Assembly (NCBI RefSeq): GCF_004010195.1
Contig: NC_057752.1
Coordinates: 8,217,889-8,281,888, forward strand
Source: Chiloscyllium plagiosum
Lineage: Eukaryota
DNA length: 64,000 bases
Reading direction: 5' to 3'
Part shown: positions 1 to 13,300 of the stretch, one piece after another
Position numbering within the stretch: the stretch's first letter is position 1
How the letters are laid out: every line of letters starts with the position of its first letter
Notes under the pieces: generated by a model
Told to the model about the DNA's origin: nothing
Database searches by the model: none
Seen by the model: only the letters and a program-made list of their open reading frames with translations
Translations under genes and position numbers: made by a program

Positions 1-68
1 CCTGCTGCGCTTTTCCAGCAACACATTTCCATCTCTGATCTCCAGCATCTGCAGACCTCACTTTCTCC
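1..68 (+). mobile_element. 3' part of a short Penelope-derived repeat (same family as 22006..22215)
   Basis: cctgctgcgcttttccagcaacacat...ctgatctccagcatctgcagacctcactttctc matches 22147..22214. Confidence 0.7.
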
Positions 69-643
69 TTCTGAGAACATTAGCTGAGTCTCTGGTTAAT
101 AGTCTAGCAATAATACCAATAGCCCATCGGCTCCCTCTGAGTATCCTTCACTTGTGGAATCAACAACAATTCACTCTAAAAGTGGTCTGTACCCTGTTGA
201 ATAAGTGGCTAATGTTCATCACTCCGATTAAAATAAATTTTAGAATAATTGAAACGAAGAACAGATATAGCACAGAAGGAGGCTCTTCAGCCCATTGGGT
301 TTGTCCTGATTCTTTGCAAGAATAAATGAGCTCATCCTGCTCCCCAGCATATTTCCCCCTATTCTCTCATAGAGTTACATCTAAATCATTTATATAAATG
401 ACAAAAAGCAGTGGTCTCAGCATCAGACCGTGCAATGCACTGCTGGTCACAGGCCTCCAGTCAAAAAAGCTCTACTACCATCCTCTGCCTCAGACCTTGC
501 AGCCAATTTTCTATCCAAGTGACTAGTTCTCCCTGTGTTCCATGTGATCTAATCTTGTTAACCAGTCTATAATGAGGAACCTTGTTGAATGTTTTACTGA
601 CAACATATAGACAACATTCACTGCTCTGCCTTCACCTGCTCTG

Positions 644-1320
644 CAGGTTGAGTCCGTGATTAAGAAAGCGAATGCAGTGTTGTCTCTTATCTCAAGAGGG
701 TTGGAATATAAAAGCAGAGATGTACTACTAAGACTTTATAAAGCTCTGGTTAGGCCCCATTTGGAGTACTGTGTCCAGTTTTGGTCCCCACACCTCAGGA
801 AGGACATACTGGCACTGGTACGTGTCCAGCGGAGATTCACACGGATGATCCCTGGAATGACAGGTCTAACATATGAGGAACGGCTGAGGATACTGGGATT
901 GTATTCGTTGGAGTTTAGAAGATTAAGTGGAGACTTAATAGAGACGTACAAAATAATACATGGCTTGGAAAAGGTGGATGCTAGGAAATTGTTTCTGTTA
1001 GACGAGGAGACTAGGACCCGTGGACACAGCCTTAGAATTAGAGGGGGTCATTTCAGAACAGAAATGCGGAGACATTTCTTCAGCCAGAGAGTGGTGGGCC
1101 TGTGGAATTCATTGCCACGGAGTGCAGTGGAAGCCGGGACGCTAAATGTCTTCAAGGCCGAGATTGATAGATTCTTGTTGTCTAGAGGAATTAAGGGCTA
1201 CGGGGAGAACGCTGGTAAGTGGAGCTGAAATGCGCATCAGCCATGATTGAATGGCGGAGTGGACTCGATGGGCCGAATGGCCTTACTTCCACTCCTATGT
1301 CTTATGGTCTTATCGTCTTA
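644..1320 (+). mobile_element. CR1-clade LINE, 5'-truncated 3' end (ORF2 C-terminus plus 3' UTR)
   Basis: ORF 656..1228 contains LYKALVRPHLEYCVQFWSP...RRLSGDLIETYKI...FFSQRVVGLWNSLP; tail cttatggtcttat. Confidence 0.9.
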
Positions 1321-1649
1321 AAATTGAGGTTGGGATTATGTGCACCAGCAGGCAGGACTGGGAACTCAGAGTTTGCAAATACTTACCAACAGTGCTGAAA
1401 GGTAGAAGCAAGTTTTAAAGAGCCAGGTTACGACTGGGAACCTGCTGAAGGGAATACTTAGATTTCTAAAGAGTTGGGTTGGGAATCTATGGACAGCTTA
1501 GATTTTTTGACTGGTTTGGGCCAGGAACCTGCAACTGGACAAGGTCATGATGGAGGTGGCACGTGTGTGTGTGGTGATGGCAAAGAGTTAAAAATTTTGT
1601 AACAGTCAGATCAGAGCTGGGAACATAAGCAAGCGTTGACAGTTCCTAC

Positions 1650-3408
1650 ATAGAACACAGAACATTACAGTGCAGTACAGGACCTTCTGCCTTCGATGTT
1701 GCACCAACCTGTGGAACCAACCTGAAGCCCATCTATCCTACACTATTCCATTTTCATCCATGTTTATCCAATGACCATTTAAATGCCCTTAAAGTTGGTG
1801 AGTCTACTACTGTTTCAGGCAGGGCGTTCCATGCCCCTACTACTTTCTGAGTAAAGAAACTACCTCTGACATCTGTCTATATCTATCACCCCTCAATTTA
1901 AAGCTATGTCCCCTCGTGCTAGCCATCACCATCCAAGGAAAAAAGGCTCTCCCTGTTCACCCTATCTAACCCTCTGTTTATCTTATAAGTCTCAATAAGT
2001 CACCTCTCAACCTTCTTCTAACAAAAACAACCTCAAGTCCCTCAGCCTTTCTTCATAAGACCTTGCCTCCATACCAGGCAGCATCCTCATAAATCTCTTC
2101 TGAACCCTTTCCACAGCTTCCACATCCTTCCTATAATGCAGTGACCAGAACTGTACGCAATAACTCTGGTGCGGCCGCACTTGCAGTTTGTACAGCTGCA
2201 GTATGACCTCATGGCTCCAAACCTCAATCCCTCTACCAATAAAAGCTATCACACTGCATGCCTTCTTAAAAACCCTATCAACCTGGATGGCAACTTTCAG
2301 GGATCTATGTACATGGACACCGAGATTTCTCTGCTCATTTACACTACCAAGAATCTTACTATTAGCCCAGTATTCTTTATTCCGGTTGCTCCTTCCAAAG
2401 TGAATCACCTCGCACATTTCCACATTAAACTCTGTTTGCCATCTCTCAGACCACTCTACAGCTTATCCATGTCCCTCTGTAACCCCCAACATCCTTTGGC
2501 ACTATCCACAACTCCACCGACCTTAGTGTCATCCGTAAATTTACTAACCCATCCTTCTCTGCCCTCATCCAGATCATTTATAAAAATGACAAACAACAGT
2601 GGCCCCAAAACAGATCTTCGTGGTACACCACTAGTAACTGAACTCCAGGATGAACATTTCCCATCAACCACCACCCTCTGTCTTCTTTCAGCTAGCCAAT
2701 TTCTGATCCAAACTGCTAAATCACCCCCATTCCCATACCTGCATATTTTGTGCAATAGCTTACTGTGGAGAACCTTATCAAACGCCTTACTGAAATCCAT
2801 GTACACCACATCAACCAATTTACCCTCATCCACCTGTTTGGTCACCTTCTCAAAGAACTCAATAAGGTTTGTGAGGCACAATCTACCCTTCACAAAACTG
2901 TGTTGACTATCCCGAATCAACTTATTCCTTTCTCGATGATTATAAATCCTACCTTTTATAACCTTTTCCAACACTTTACCACAACCGAAGAAAGGTTCAC
3001 TGGTCTATAATTACTAGGATTGTCTCTACTCCCCTTCTTGAACAAGGGGACATTTGCTATCCTCCACACTTCTGGCACTATTCCTGTTGACAATGATGAC
3101 ATAAAGATCAAAACCAAAGGCTCTGCAATCTCCTCCCTTGCTTCCCAGAGAATGCTTGGATAAATCCCATCCAGCCCAGGGGACTTATCCATTTTCACAC
3201 TTTCCAGAATTGCTAACACATCCTTCTTGTGAACCTCAATCCCATCCAGTCTAGTAGCCTGTATCTCAGTATTCTCCTTGACAACATTGTCTTTTTTCAG
3301 TCTGAATACTGATGAAAAATATTAATTTAGCACTTGCCCTGTCTCCCGGGTCTCCATGCACAACTTCCCACTACTGCCCTTGATTGGCCCTAATCTTATT
3401 CTAGTCAT
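1650..3408 (-). mobile_element. CR1 LINE, degenerate RT and 3' end; continues at 5664..6039
   Basis: Frameshifted ORF pieces 2007..2423, 2456..2974 (MDFSKAFDKV, GVP..SVLGPLLF, KFTDDTK) and 2956..3219 (KSPGLDGI, NYRPV). Confidence 0.9.
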
Positions 3409-5654
3409 AATTCTATTAGATTTAAAATAATTATGGAAAAGGAGAGACCAGATCTAAAAGTTGAAGTTCTAAATTGGAGAAAGGCCAATTTTGACGGTAT
3501 TAGGCAAGAACTTTCAAAAGCTGATTAGGGGCAGATGTTCGCAGGTAAAGGGACGGCTGGAAAATGGGAAGCCTTCAGAAATGAGATAACGAAAATGCAG
3601 AAAAAGTATATTCCTGTTAGGGCGAAATAAAAGGCTGTTAGGTATAGGGAATGCTGGATGACTAAAGAAATTGAGGGCTTGGTTAACAAAAAGAAGGAAG
3701 CATATGTAAAATATAGACAGGATAGATCGAGTGAATCCTTAGAAGAGTATAAAGTAAGTAGGAGTATACTTAAGAGTGAAATCAGGAGGGCAAAAAGGGG
3801 ACATGAAATAGCTTTGATAATTAGAGTTGAGGAGAATCCAAAGGGTTTTTACAAATACATGAAGGACAAAAGGATAACTAGGGACAGAATAGGGCTCCTC
3901 AAAAATCAGCAAGGCGGCCTTTGTGTGTAGCCGCAGAAAATGGGGGAGATACTAAACGAGTATTTTGCATCAGTATTTACTGTGGAAAAGGATATGGAAG
4001 ATATAGAAAGTAGCGAAATAGATGGTGACACCTTGCAAAATGTCCAGCTTATAGAGGAGGAAGTGCTGGATGTCTTGAAATGCATAAAGGTGAATAAATC
4101 CCCAGGACCTGTACCTTAGAACTCTGTGGGAAGCTAGAGAGGCGATTGCTGGGCCTCTTGCTGAGATATTTGTGTCATCGATAGTCACAAGTGAGGTGCC
4201 AGAAGACTGGAGGTTGGCTAACGCGGTGCCACTGTTTAAGAAGGGTGGTAAGGACAAGCCAGGGAACTATAGACCAGTGAGCCTGACGTCGGTGGTGTGC
4301 AAGTTGTTGGAGGGAATCCTGAGGGACAGGACGTTCATGTATTTGGAAAGGCAAGGACTGATTCGGGATCGTCAACATGGCGTTGTGCATGGGAAATCAT
4401 GTCTCACAAACTTGATTGAGTTTTTTTGAAGAAGTAACAAAGAGCATTGATGAGGGCAGAGTGGTAGATGTGATCTATATGGACTGCAGTAAGGTGTTCG
4501 ACAAGGTTCCCCATGGCAGACTAGTTAGCAAGGTTAGATCTCACAGAATAAAGGGAGAATTAGCCATTTGGATACATAACTGGCTCAAAGGTAGAAGACA
4601 GAAGGTGGTGGTGGAGGTTTGTTTTTCAGACTGGAGGCCTGTGACCAGTGGAGTGCCACAAGGATCGGTGCTGGGTCCTCTACTTTTTGTCATTTACATA
4701 AATGATTTGGATGCAAGCATAAGAGGTACAGTTAGTAAGTTTGCAGATGACATCAAAATTGGAGGTGTAGTGGACAGCGAAGAAGGTTACCTCAGAGTAC
4801 AAAGGGATCTTGCTGAAGTGGGCAAATGGACTGAGAAGTGGCTGATGGAGTTTACTTCAGATAAATGCGAGGTGCTGCATTTTGAGAAAGCAAATCTTAG
4901 CAGGACGTATACACTTAATGGTAAGGTCCTAGGGAGTGTTGCTGAACAAAGAGACCTTGGAGTGCAGGTTCATAGCTCCTTGAAAGTGGAGTCACAGGTG
5001 GATAGGATAGTGAAGAAGGCGTTTGATATGCTTTCCTTTATTGGTCAGAGTATTGAGTACAGGAGTTGGGACGTCATGTTGAGGCTGGACAGGAGATTGG
5101 TTAGGTCACTGTTGGAATATTGCATGCAATTCTGGTCTCCTTCCTATTGGAAAGATGTTGTGAAACTTGAAAGGGTTCAGAAAAGATTTACAAGGATGTT
5201 GCCAGGGTTGGAGGATTTGAGCTATAGGGAGAGGCTGAACAGGCTGGGGCTGTTTTCCCTGGAGCATCAGAGGCTGAGGGGTGACCTTATAGAGGTTTAC
5301 AAAATTATGAGGGGCATGGATAGGATAAATAGACAAAGTCTTTTCCCTGGAGTGGGGGAGTACAGAATTAGAGGGCATAGGTTTAGGGTGAGAGGGGAAA
5401 GATATAAAAGGGACTAAAGGGGCAACATTTTCATGCAGAGGGTGGTACGTGTATGGAATGAGGGGCCAGAGGATGTGGTGGAGGCTGGTACAATTGCAAC
5501 ATTTAAGATGCATTTGGATGGGTATATGAATAGGAAGGGTTTGGAGGGATATGGGCCGGGTACTGGCAGGTGGGAGTAGATTGGGTTGGGATATCTGATC
5601 GGCATGGACAAGTTGGACCGGAGGGTCTGTTTCCATGCTGTACATCTCTATGAC
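3409..5654 (+). mobile_element. CR1 LINE, 5'-truncated, nested inside the minus-strand CR1
   Basis: RT motifs NYRPVSLTS, GVPQGSVLGPLLF, KFADD; flanked by 9-bp direct repeat tctagtcat (3400..3408, 5655..5663). Confidence 0.92.
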
Positions 5655-5663
5655 TCTAGTCAT

Positions 5664-6039
5664 TCTTTTATTCCTAATATACCCTATAGAAAGCTTTGGG
5701 GTTTTCCTTGATCCCATCTACCAATGACTTCTCATGCCCCCTCCTGGCTATTTTTAGCCCTCTGTTTAGGCTTTTCCTGACTAACTTGTAACTTTCAAGT
5801 GCCCTAACTGAGCCAGCACATCTCAGTCTAACATAAGCCTTCTTCTTCTTCTTGACAAAAGATTCAACTTATTTCATAAACCACAGCTCCCTTGCTCAAC
5901 CACTTCCTCCTTGTCTGACAGGTACATACTTATCAAGGACACGCACTAGCTTTACCTTAAATAAGCTCCACATTTCAATCGTGCCCATCCCCTGCAGTTT
6001 CCTTCCCCATCCTATGTATCCTAAATCTTGCCTAATCAC
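5664..6039 (-). mobile_element. Upstream continuation of the interrupted minus-strand CR1
   Basis: The junction sequence ctagtcattcttttattcctaatatacc is uninterrupted in the related copy near 29988..30030. Confidence 0.75.
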
Positions 6040-6264
6040 ATGTTTATCAGAGTCAAAAAGTGTGGCACTGGAAAAGCACAGCAGGTCAGGCAGCATCTGA
6101 GGAGCAGAAGAGTCAATGTTTCAGGCATAAGCCGTTCATCAGGAATTCCTTCATCACATTCCTGATGAAGGGCTTACACCCAAAACGTTGATTCTCCTGT
6201 TCCTTGGATGCTGCCTGACCTGCTGTGCTTTTCCAGTGCCACACTTTTCGACTCTGATAAACAT
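6040..6264. mobile_element. Fold-back short element with degenerate hammerhead motifs at its centre
   Basis: ~105-bp inverted arms (tgtttatcagagtc.../...gactctgataaaca); right arm starts attcCTGATGAagggcttacacccAAAAcgtt. Confidence 0.8.
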
Positions 6265-7821
6265 TAATAAACAAGAGGCTGGAAGAACACAGCAAGCCAG
6301 GCAGCATCACAGCCTGAACTTCTCCACCTCCTGAAGCTGCCTGACTTGTGTTGTTCCAGTCTTCTGTCTGTCTACTTTGGATTCCAGTATCTGCAGAGTG
6401 ATAAACGTTAGTCAGCTTATAACTGCTCTGAGATATTCCTTGCTCACTGAATGTCGTCAAGACCTCACATAAATCCTCAAACAACATCTCCCACCCTCAA
6501 TAGTAAACTGAAGAGCTAGCCTGAATTACATGCTCAAGTTTCAAAAGTAGAGTTTTGGCCCGAAAGTGGGCATAAATTGCAAACACCTACAAGAATTTTA
6601 TGCACATGGAAATAATCAAATAGGTAGAATTATACGAAAATATATTTGAATAGTAGCTGTTCATACTGAGAAATGTCACAAAATACTTCACATAAATTAA
6701 AAGGTTGAGTCTTCAGGATCTTTCAAATGCATCTGGGCGAGTCGCAAATACTACGGGAGCATAGCTTTAATGTCCTTATTTTCACAACAATTCTTGATTT
6801 CGTATGCAGTTAGTTAGCAAACTTGGAAATTTGGGACGGAGGGATGAAAACACAGTTGGATCACAGGTGTTGCTTTGCAGTGCAGGCTGAGGTAATGAGA
6901 GAGGAGTTACAGCACAACAACTGGTAGAAAAGTGTAAATGCAACATGCAGCAAATCCTCGCTCTTCACACGGGATAAAGGCACGGACTTTTCCCGGATAA
7001 CAAAAAACTCCCAGACCGCTCCGATGTAACTCTCCTAGGTAGCGTGAAGGACCGCTAGATCAGAGTAGACGAGTTACCGACGAAAAATAAAGGAGTCTGG
7101 AACCAACTTTGCGAGTACCCGGATCGCAAACAGAGTGAGTGTAACAAGTTTACATAAGCATTCTGAGAAGAGTTAGATGAAAGAGATGACAACGTAAACT
7201 AAGATTCTGCAGACAGGACGTGTGCAAACATTTTGATATGTTACATGTATACTGGAAGGCTTTCCCTAGTTACCATTAAAGTGTAGGATGTGGGTTAGGT
7301 TTTGATTTTGTATCCTAGTCTGTTTGCTACGGCAAGGTAGAGAACTAAGACTATACAGTCTTCAAGAAAAACATAACTACTTCGACCAAAGTTTAGAAAT
7401 AGGTCAAATATTCAATACGGCTTTGATTTTGTAGTTAAACGTAGGAATTTGGGAAGCAGAGAAATGGTTGGATCACAAGTTTCTCTACAGGATAAACACA
7501 GCAAGGAGCGGCAGGGAGCAAAACGGAGGCATTACAGCAACATTTCAAATGATCAGAGCATAATTACAACTTGACAACCTTCCATTCTGGAAATACGGAT
7601 ATAGAAATTTACAGAGAAAGTGCACGCAAACGTAGAATTTCAATATATTTACTTTTGTTTATATTCGATTGGCGTGCATTGTTCTGTCCCAAATTCTCAA
7701 TTTTCCCGTTTAAACAATTATCAACTAAATCTCAGTCAATAGCATTATTGCCTGTGAACCCACGACCATCTGACTTTAAATCGCATTTGTGTTAAAAATA
7801 AATTTTGTATTCTAATCTCTT

Positions 7822-8525
7822 CAGTGCAGTACTAATGAAATGCTACACAATTGGAAGTGTCTTCTTACAGATTAAACATTAAGCCAAGGCTTCAACATTC
7901 CTTTCAGATGGATGTGTAATGTGTCATGGCACTATTTGAAAGAACAGCATTGCAGTTATCCCTGGTCAACAATGATCCCTCAAACGACATCCTCACATTG
8001 ATCGTGCTTTCCACAAGTTGGCTGCTGGATTTCCTACAATTTTTTTTAAAAAGTACTTCACTGACTGTAAAGCATTTTGGGATGTCCTGAGGTCATTGAG
8101 ATGTACAACATGGAAACAGACCCTTCAGTCCAACTTGTCCATGTTGACCAGACATCCTAAATAAATAGTTCCAACTGCCAGCATTTGGCCCATGTCCCTC
8201 TAAAACCTTCCTATTTATATACCCATCCAGATGCCTTTTAAATGTTGTAATTGTACCAACCTCCACCTCCTCTGGCATATATACCACCCTCTAGTTGAAA
8301 CAGTTGCCCCTTAGGTCCCTTTTAAATCTTCCCTCTCACCTTAAACTTATGACCTCTAGTTTGGACTTCCCCTACCTGGGGAAAAGATATCCATACCCCT
8401 CATGATTTTATAAACCTCTATAAGGTCACCCTTCAGTCTCTTCGGCCTCTCCATATAGCTCAAATGTTCCAACCTCAGCAACATCTTTGTAAATCAGGTC
8501 ATGAAAGACACAATAAAAAGTGCTT
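7822..8525 (+). mobile_element. Deu-domain SINE (SacSINE1/AmnSINE-like) interrupted by a minus-strand CR1 3' fragment (8097..8495)
   Basis: cagtgcagtact...catggcactatttgaa...aaaagtacttca..gactgtaaagc..tttggga.gtcctgaggtc; CR1 insert flanked by aggtcat (8090..8096, 8496..8502); family recognised from memory. Confidence 0.65.
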
Positions 8526-9759
8526 CATATGTGAACATATTACCTACCATATTAGATTTGATGCTATCCCTCTAACTTGCACCATCTCGTTACAGAATTA
8601 TGAAATAGCTTAACAGAAATAAGTCACTAAAAGCAAAATAGTGTAGCAAAAAGCAAAGATGCTGCGAATATTGAACATAAGCCACTTCATCGCCTTACAT
8701 TGGCTCTTTTGAGGAGCAGTTTCCATTCTTTTCTCATATCTCACAAACGTTTTCTCCTTGAATTATTTATTTAACGCCCTTTTGAAACATACTGTTGAAT
8801 TTGTTTCCACCACTTTATCAGGCAGTGCATTCCAAAACTTAACTGTTTATTGTGCAAAGATTCACATCCATGTCATCTCTGTCTCTGATGCCACTATCTA
8901 AATATGAGGAATTCCCTTGGTCACCAGCTCTGGCCTGGAAGTGAGACCACAGTCTGGATCTTAGATCAAGGAACTTGCAGCTTCACAAAACTTATCAACT
9001 TTTTCCATAAGCTTGAATATTTCCTACTCCAGATACCCACGTTACAGTTCACGTGATGTTGTTTGCGCTGCAGCTTCCAAAGTTTTGCCATTTATTTTAT
9101 GCTTGCTGGAGCTATTGAACATTCAGACCTTAATAGGTTCGCAGCTGCAGGAGGTTGACATCAGTTTGGTTATGCTATTTTAATCTTTATATATTTTCAC
9201 CTCATAATGAGTTTAATAACATCCTACTTAAAAAGTAGGTTATTAAAAAGAAATCTGCAAGTCTAAAGATGGCAACGCTCCACAACATTCCTGCAAAATA
9301 TTAACAGTCATATGCTGCATTCAACACAGCAATAAACCAAAACAATGTGCAATGTAAATACTATGTACTTAGACCATTCAGCAAAGAAAGAATCAACATA
9401 ATCATAGTGGTTTAAATGTTTTCCAAACTATGAAGATTGTAACAGAAGATGCCTTACAGGCTGCATCATGGCATGTGCAGCAAATTTACATGACTGATGT
9501 TTATTTCCAACTTCTAACGTGGCCATTATTTTCAGATCTATTTTAGAACAGAAAGATGAATTTGACCAAAGGCAGGACCTGTCAAACCCTTCAAATACAT
9601 TGTATTTTCTTCACCGTCACAGACATTTTCTTGTCCTCATCTGTGAAGCTGTCTTGTGAAAAATACCTGTTTAAGCTCCAAGGTATATTTAAGGAAAAGA
9701 TTAATTCAAGCAGTGTTACGAGGAGCCAAAGCAAAGGGGATAGAATGGTCATATTGAGC

Positions 9760-10360
9760 CAAATTGTAAATGGAGGCAATCCATGACAAATAGGCAGAAG
9801 CAGCAATTTAAAGTTAAGGGAGTTACATTAAACTTGTGTCAAACACTGGTTTGGCCACAGCTAGAGTGTTGTGTACAGTTCTGGGTGCTGCACTTTGGGA
9901 AAGATGTGAAAGCATTAGAGAGGATGTAGAAAACATTTATCCCAGGGATGAGGAACTTCAGTTGTTTAGATAGACTGGAGAAGTTGGTACTGTTCTCCTT
10001 AGAGAAGGTTAAGAGTAGATTTGATAGCAAAATTTAAAATTTGGGTGGTCTGGAAGAGTATGTATGAAAACAATGTTCCCATTAGTGCAAGGTTAGAGAA
10101 CAAACAGATTTAAAAGGTGATGAGCAAAAGAAGTAATAACATGACAAAACATTTTATCACACAGCGAGTAATTAGGATCAGGAACGCACTGACAGTCTGG
10201 TAGAGGCAGGTTCAATCAAGGCATTCAAGAGGGAATTACACCATTGTCTGGGAAGAAAGAACATGGAAGGTTACGGGGAGAAGTCAAGTGAGTGGCACGA
10301 GGTAAATTGCTCATAAATAGCTAACACAAACACAACGGGCCAAATTGCCGCCTCCTGCAC
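9760..10360 (+). mobile_element. Old CR1 LINE 3' fragment
   Basis: Degenerate LVWPQLECCVQFW segment and a CR1-type 3' tail. Confidence 0.7.
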
Positions 10361-13300
10361 TTCTGTGAAGTTGGTTGCATAACAGCCAGTACTAGCAAGT
10401 TATAAGGAACCAATTGATTTCATCTGCAGAAGTGGAAATCCAAAAAAAAAAGCTAGTAACTTGACTGAAAAATGTAGTTCATTCAACAGCATATACTGTA
10501 TATCCTTTGAATTGGTTAAATTTATGAAAAACAATGAAAACACAATCAGAAAAAAACTAAAAAAGACTTTGAAAATCTTTAATTTAATTGCACCACACAT
10601 ATTAGTATCCAACAGAAATACAATGTTTTAAAACTTTGTTCAGAAAGAGACAAGTCTTTCTACACAAAAAAAAATCCTTGGTTCATAAACTGCCCACAGA
10701 TAAGAAAATGGGTGTCCTTCACCCAGCCTTTGCTTATACTGCTCTGAAACTGGCTGCTGTTGGACATACAAGAACACCTCGGACAAACCCTCCTGCTACT
10801 GTCCCATACTTTGAATATGGCAAAATAGTTGGTCTCTGTTCAGCAACTTTCTTCAGTGATGTGGTTGAACTGGGGATTGTAGGTCAAAACTCATGTCCTC
10901 TATATGGAACATCTGTGTCCCTCTTTAGCAAGCAGAACAAATCAGTGTTAATTTAATCTGCCAGGAGACAGTGCACACATCTGTAGGAAAACATTCTACC
11001 TTCCAGTCTCCCAAATTTCATCCCCAACCTCCTCCAAATCAAACATTATAATTTAGTAACAGTGAATAAAGAACCAATACGTTTGAGTCACAACCACAGA
11101 TGGGACTTGCTTAAAACAGGGTACTTAGCAAACTGACCAGAATTATTCTGAATGCTTAAAACCACTAGATTGTCCTTCTTAAAGAATCTTGCCATCTAAA
11201 AAGGAATAGTTTATATTTCACACTATAAAAATGCTTACAGATCAACATTTAAAAAGTAAACTGATAACAAAAATGTAGTTATACACAGCACGGAGAAAAC
11301 TTATGTTTAATTTTCTCACAAATGTGATTTTAAAAAAACTTACACAATATCAATCAAGCAAGATACAGAAGTAAACTGGAAATTTAGGTTATTCTGGAGG
11401 TTCTTATCAGTGGGAAAGTTTAACTTTGAGAAATGGTATTACATGTCATACCCAAAAAGAAAAACACACCTAAAGACACAGTTCACTTGGCTCTATTCAG
11501 AAACAGTGTGAATTCATTCATTCTGGTCCTATTTTAATCCTAACAATAAGTGACAACACTGCTGTACATTCTTTGTCATATAATCTATATTTACATACAG
11601 TGGACGTCAATTGTCATCTTCAGATTTTCAATAAATCAGAACTTCTTTTCATGAACACCAGTATGCACACGAACAAGTTATCAGCATTAAAATTGAGGAA
11701 AACATGCTTAATGGACCACTTTCAAAAGTTGCACTAGAAGTCCTATTTTGAACATCTGTGAATTTAAGACCTGCCGACTGCAGTTAGACAATCTTGGCAC
11801 TGCACTTTACGCTGAAAAATCCCAGGGACTCAGAATAGTAAAGGGTTTACTGTATTTTGAGACTAAAATTTGTAAAAATTCATATTTCCCATGTTGCAGA
11901 CCCAAACTTCTCAGTGTTGGTTTTGGCTTCTTAATCCTTCCTTGAGTGCATTTTCTACATGGCTCCCCAGTTGATAGTAATGTAACCGTTATGTAAATAG
12001 AAATTCTCATGTCTAATTTTAGCAAGTTAGAAATCTGTAATAGAATCAAAATATTGAAAACATCTGAAAACAAAAAAAAAACTTGCAACAAGTTAAAATT
12101 TACTTGAAGCTAATAACTATACAGAAAATTTGGGAAACTGCAGTTTTTCTTAAACAAATTGGATGCAGGGCACAGGTTCATTTTCAGAATGCCATCTCTC
12201 CAATTGGGAGTACCATACTTTGCTTTGCACCTCCCTCAGATCGTCCAACCTATCATGCAGTAGAGGAAGTCATTGACATACCAATGTTGTCATTTGTTAA
12301 AGTGAAGAATCAAATGGGCACAATAATGTACTACTCATACAACTTCAAGTAGAAAAAAACTGCCAATATTTCACACATTGTATTCTATGTTATTTACTAC
12401 AGTACACTTTTATACCCTATGTATAATTGTAAGCCTTCCCCCCCCCCCCACCTTCCTCTGTCACTTTTCTACTCTCCTCACCCAATGGAATTGACACCAT
12501 GCTGAAGTATCATTCAACAAGGTGTCCGCTGGAACCTCATCCAAGTGGTTATCGTTCGGCTGAGTCTAGATACTGGAAGTCAGCAGGATATTCAACCAAG
12601 GGAAGGAAACATTACACTGGGCCAGATTCTGTCCCAGATTCTCTCCTCGTTCAACATCACAAATATTTTTAGTAGGGGTAGTTTGACATTACCATTCAAC
12701 ATACATTTACAATATGGATGACTAAAAAATATTTTAGTCATGTCATATACGTGTGCATATATAGCTACCTTCTATATATAGTAAGTTGTGGCTCTGTATG
12801 AATGTAGATGTTTCCTATTCTCTCTGATTGACTTTGCAGTTTTGTTACTACTGAATTGAAAACAAAAAGCAGTTGTACTGTTGTATACATTGGTGATGCA
12901 CCCTTGAAACCCTGATTAACAATGCAATTAGGTAAGTTTCTTGACGAGATGCAGAAATGGCACAGCGATCTACAAGTTTTGAACCTAGAACTTCGAAAAA
13001 TCACATGACAAAGATGACAATCCACAAACCTTTTCTTCACATCATCTGGTACAATGCTACTTTCAGCTATTAGTTAGTGAACACCCAGCTTCCACGCTTC
13101 AGGCATTAAGTATATGTTTGTTACATACAGTTTAGTTTGCCTCACCAACTTAAATCGTAGTACTGCAGCACTTTATAATCATTTTCATATCCTAAGAGGT
13201 TACAGTGGATATGTTTGTGATGAGAATGCTCATTTAGTTTTCTTTTTGCACTACAGAAGGTGTTTTATCTTCGGAGGGCTTGTACACTTTTGAAGGGAAA

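Noticed and set aside
2169..2906. Long ORFs antisense to CR1 (also 5106..5717 and 18531..18877)
   Set aside because: Opposite-strand shadows of CR1 ORF2 with no independent protein features
12718..12741. 10-bp AT-rich hairpin in the putative 3' UTR
   Set aside because: Expected by chance in AT-rich sequence
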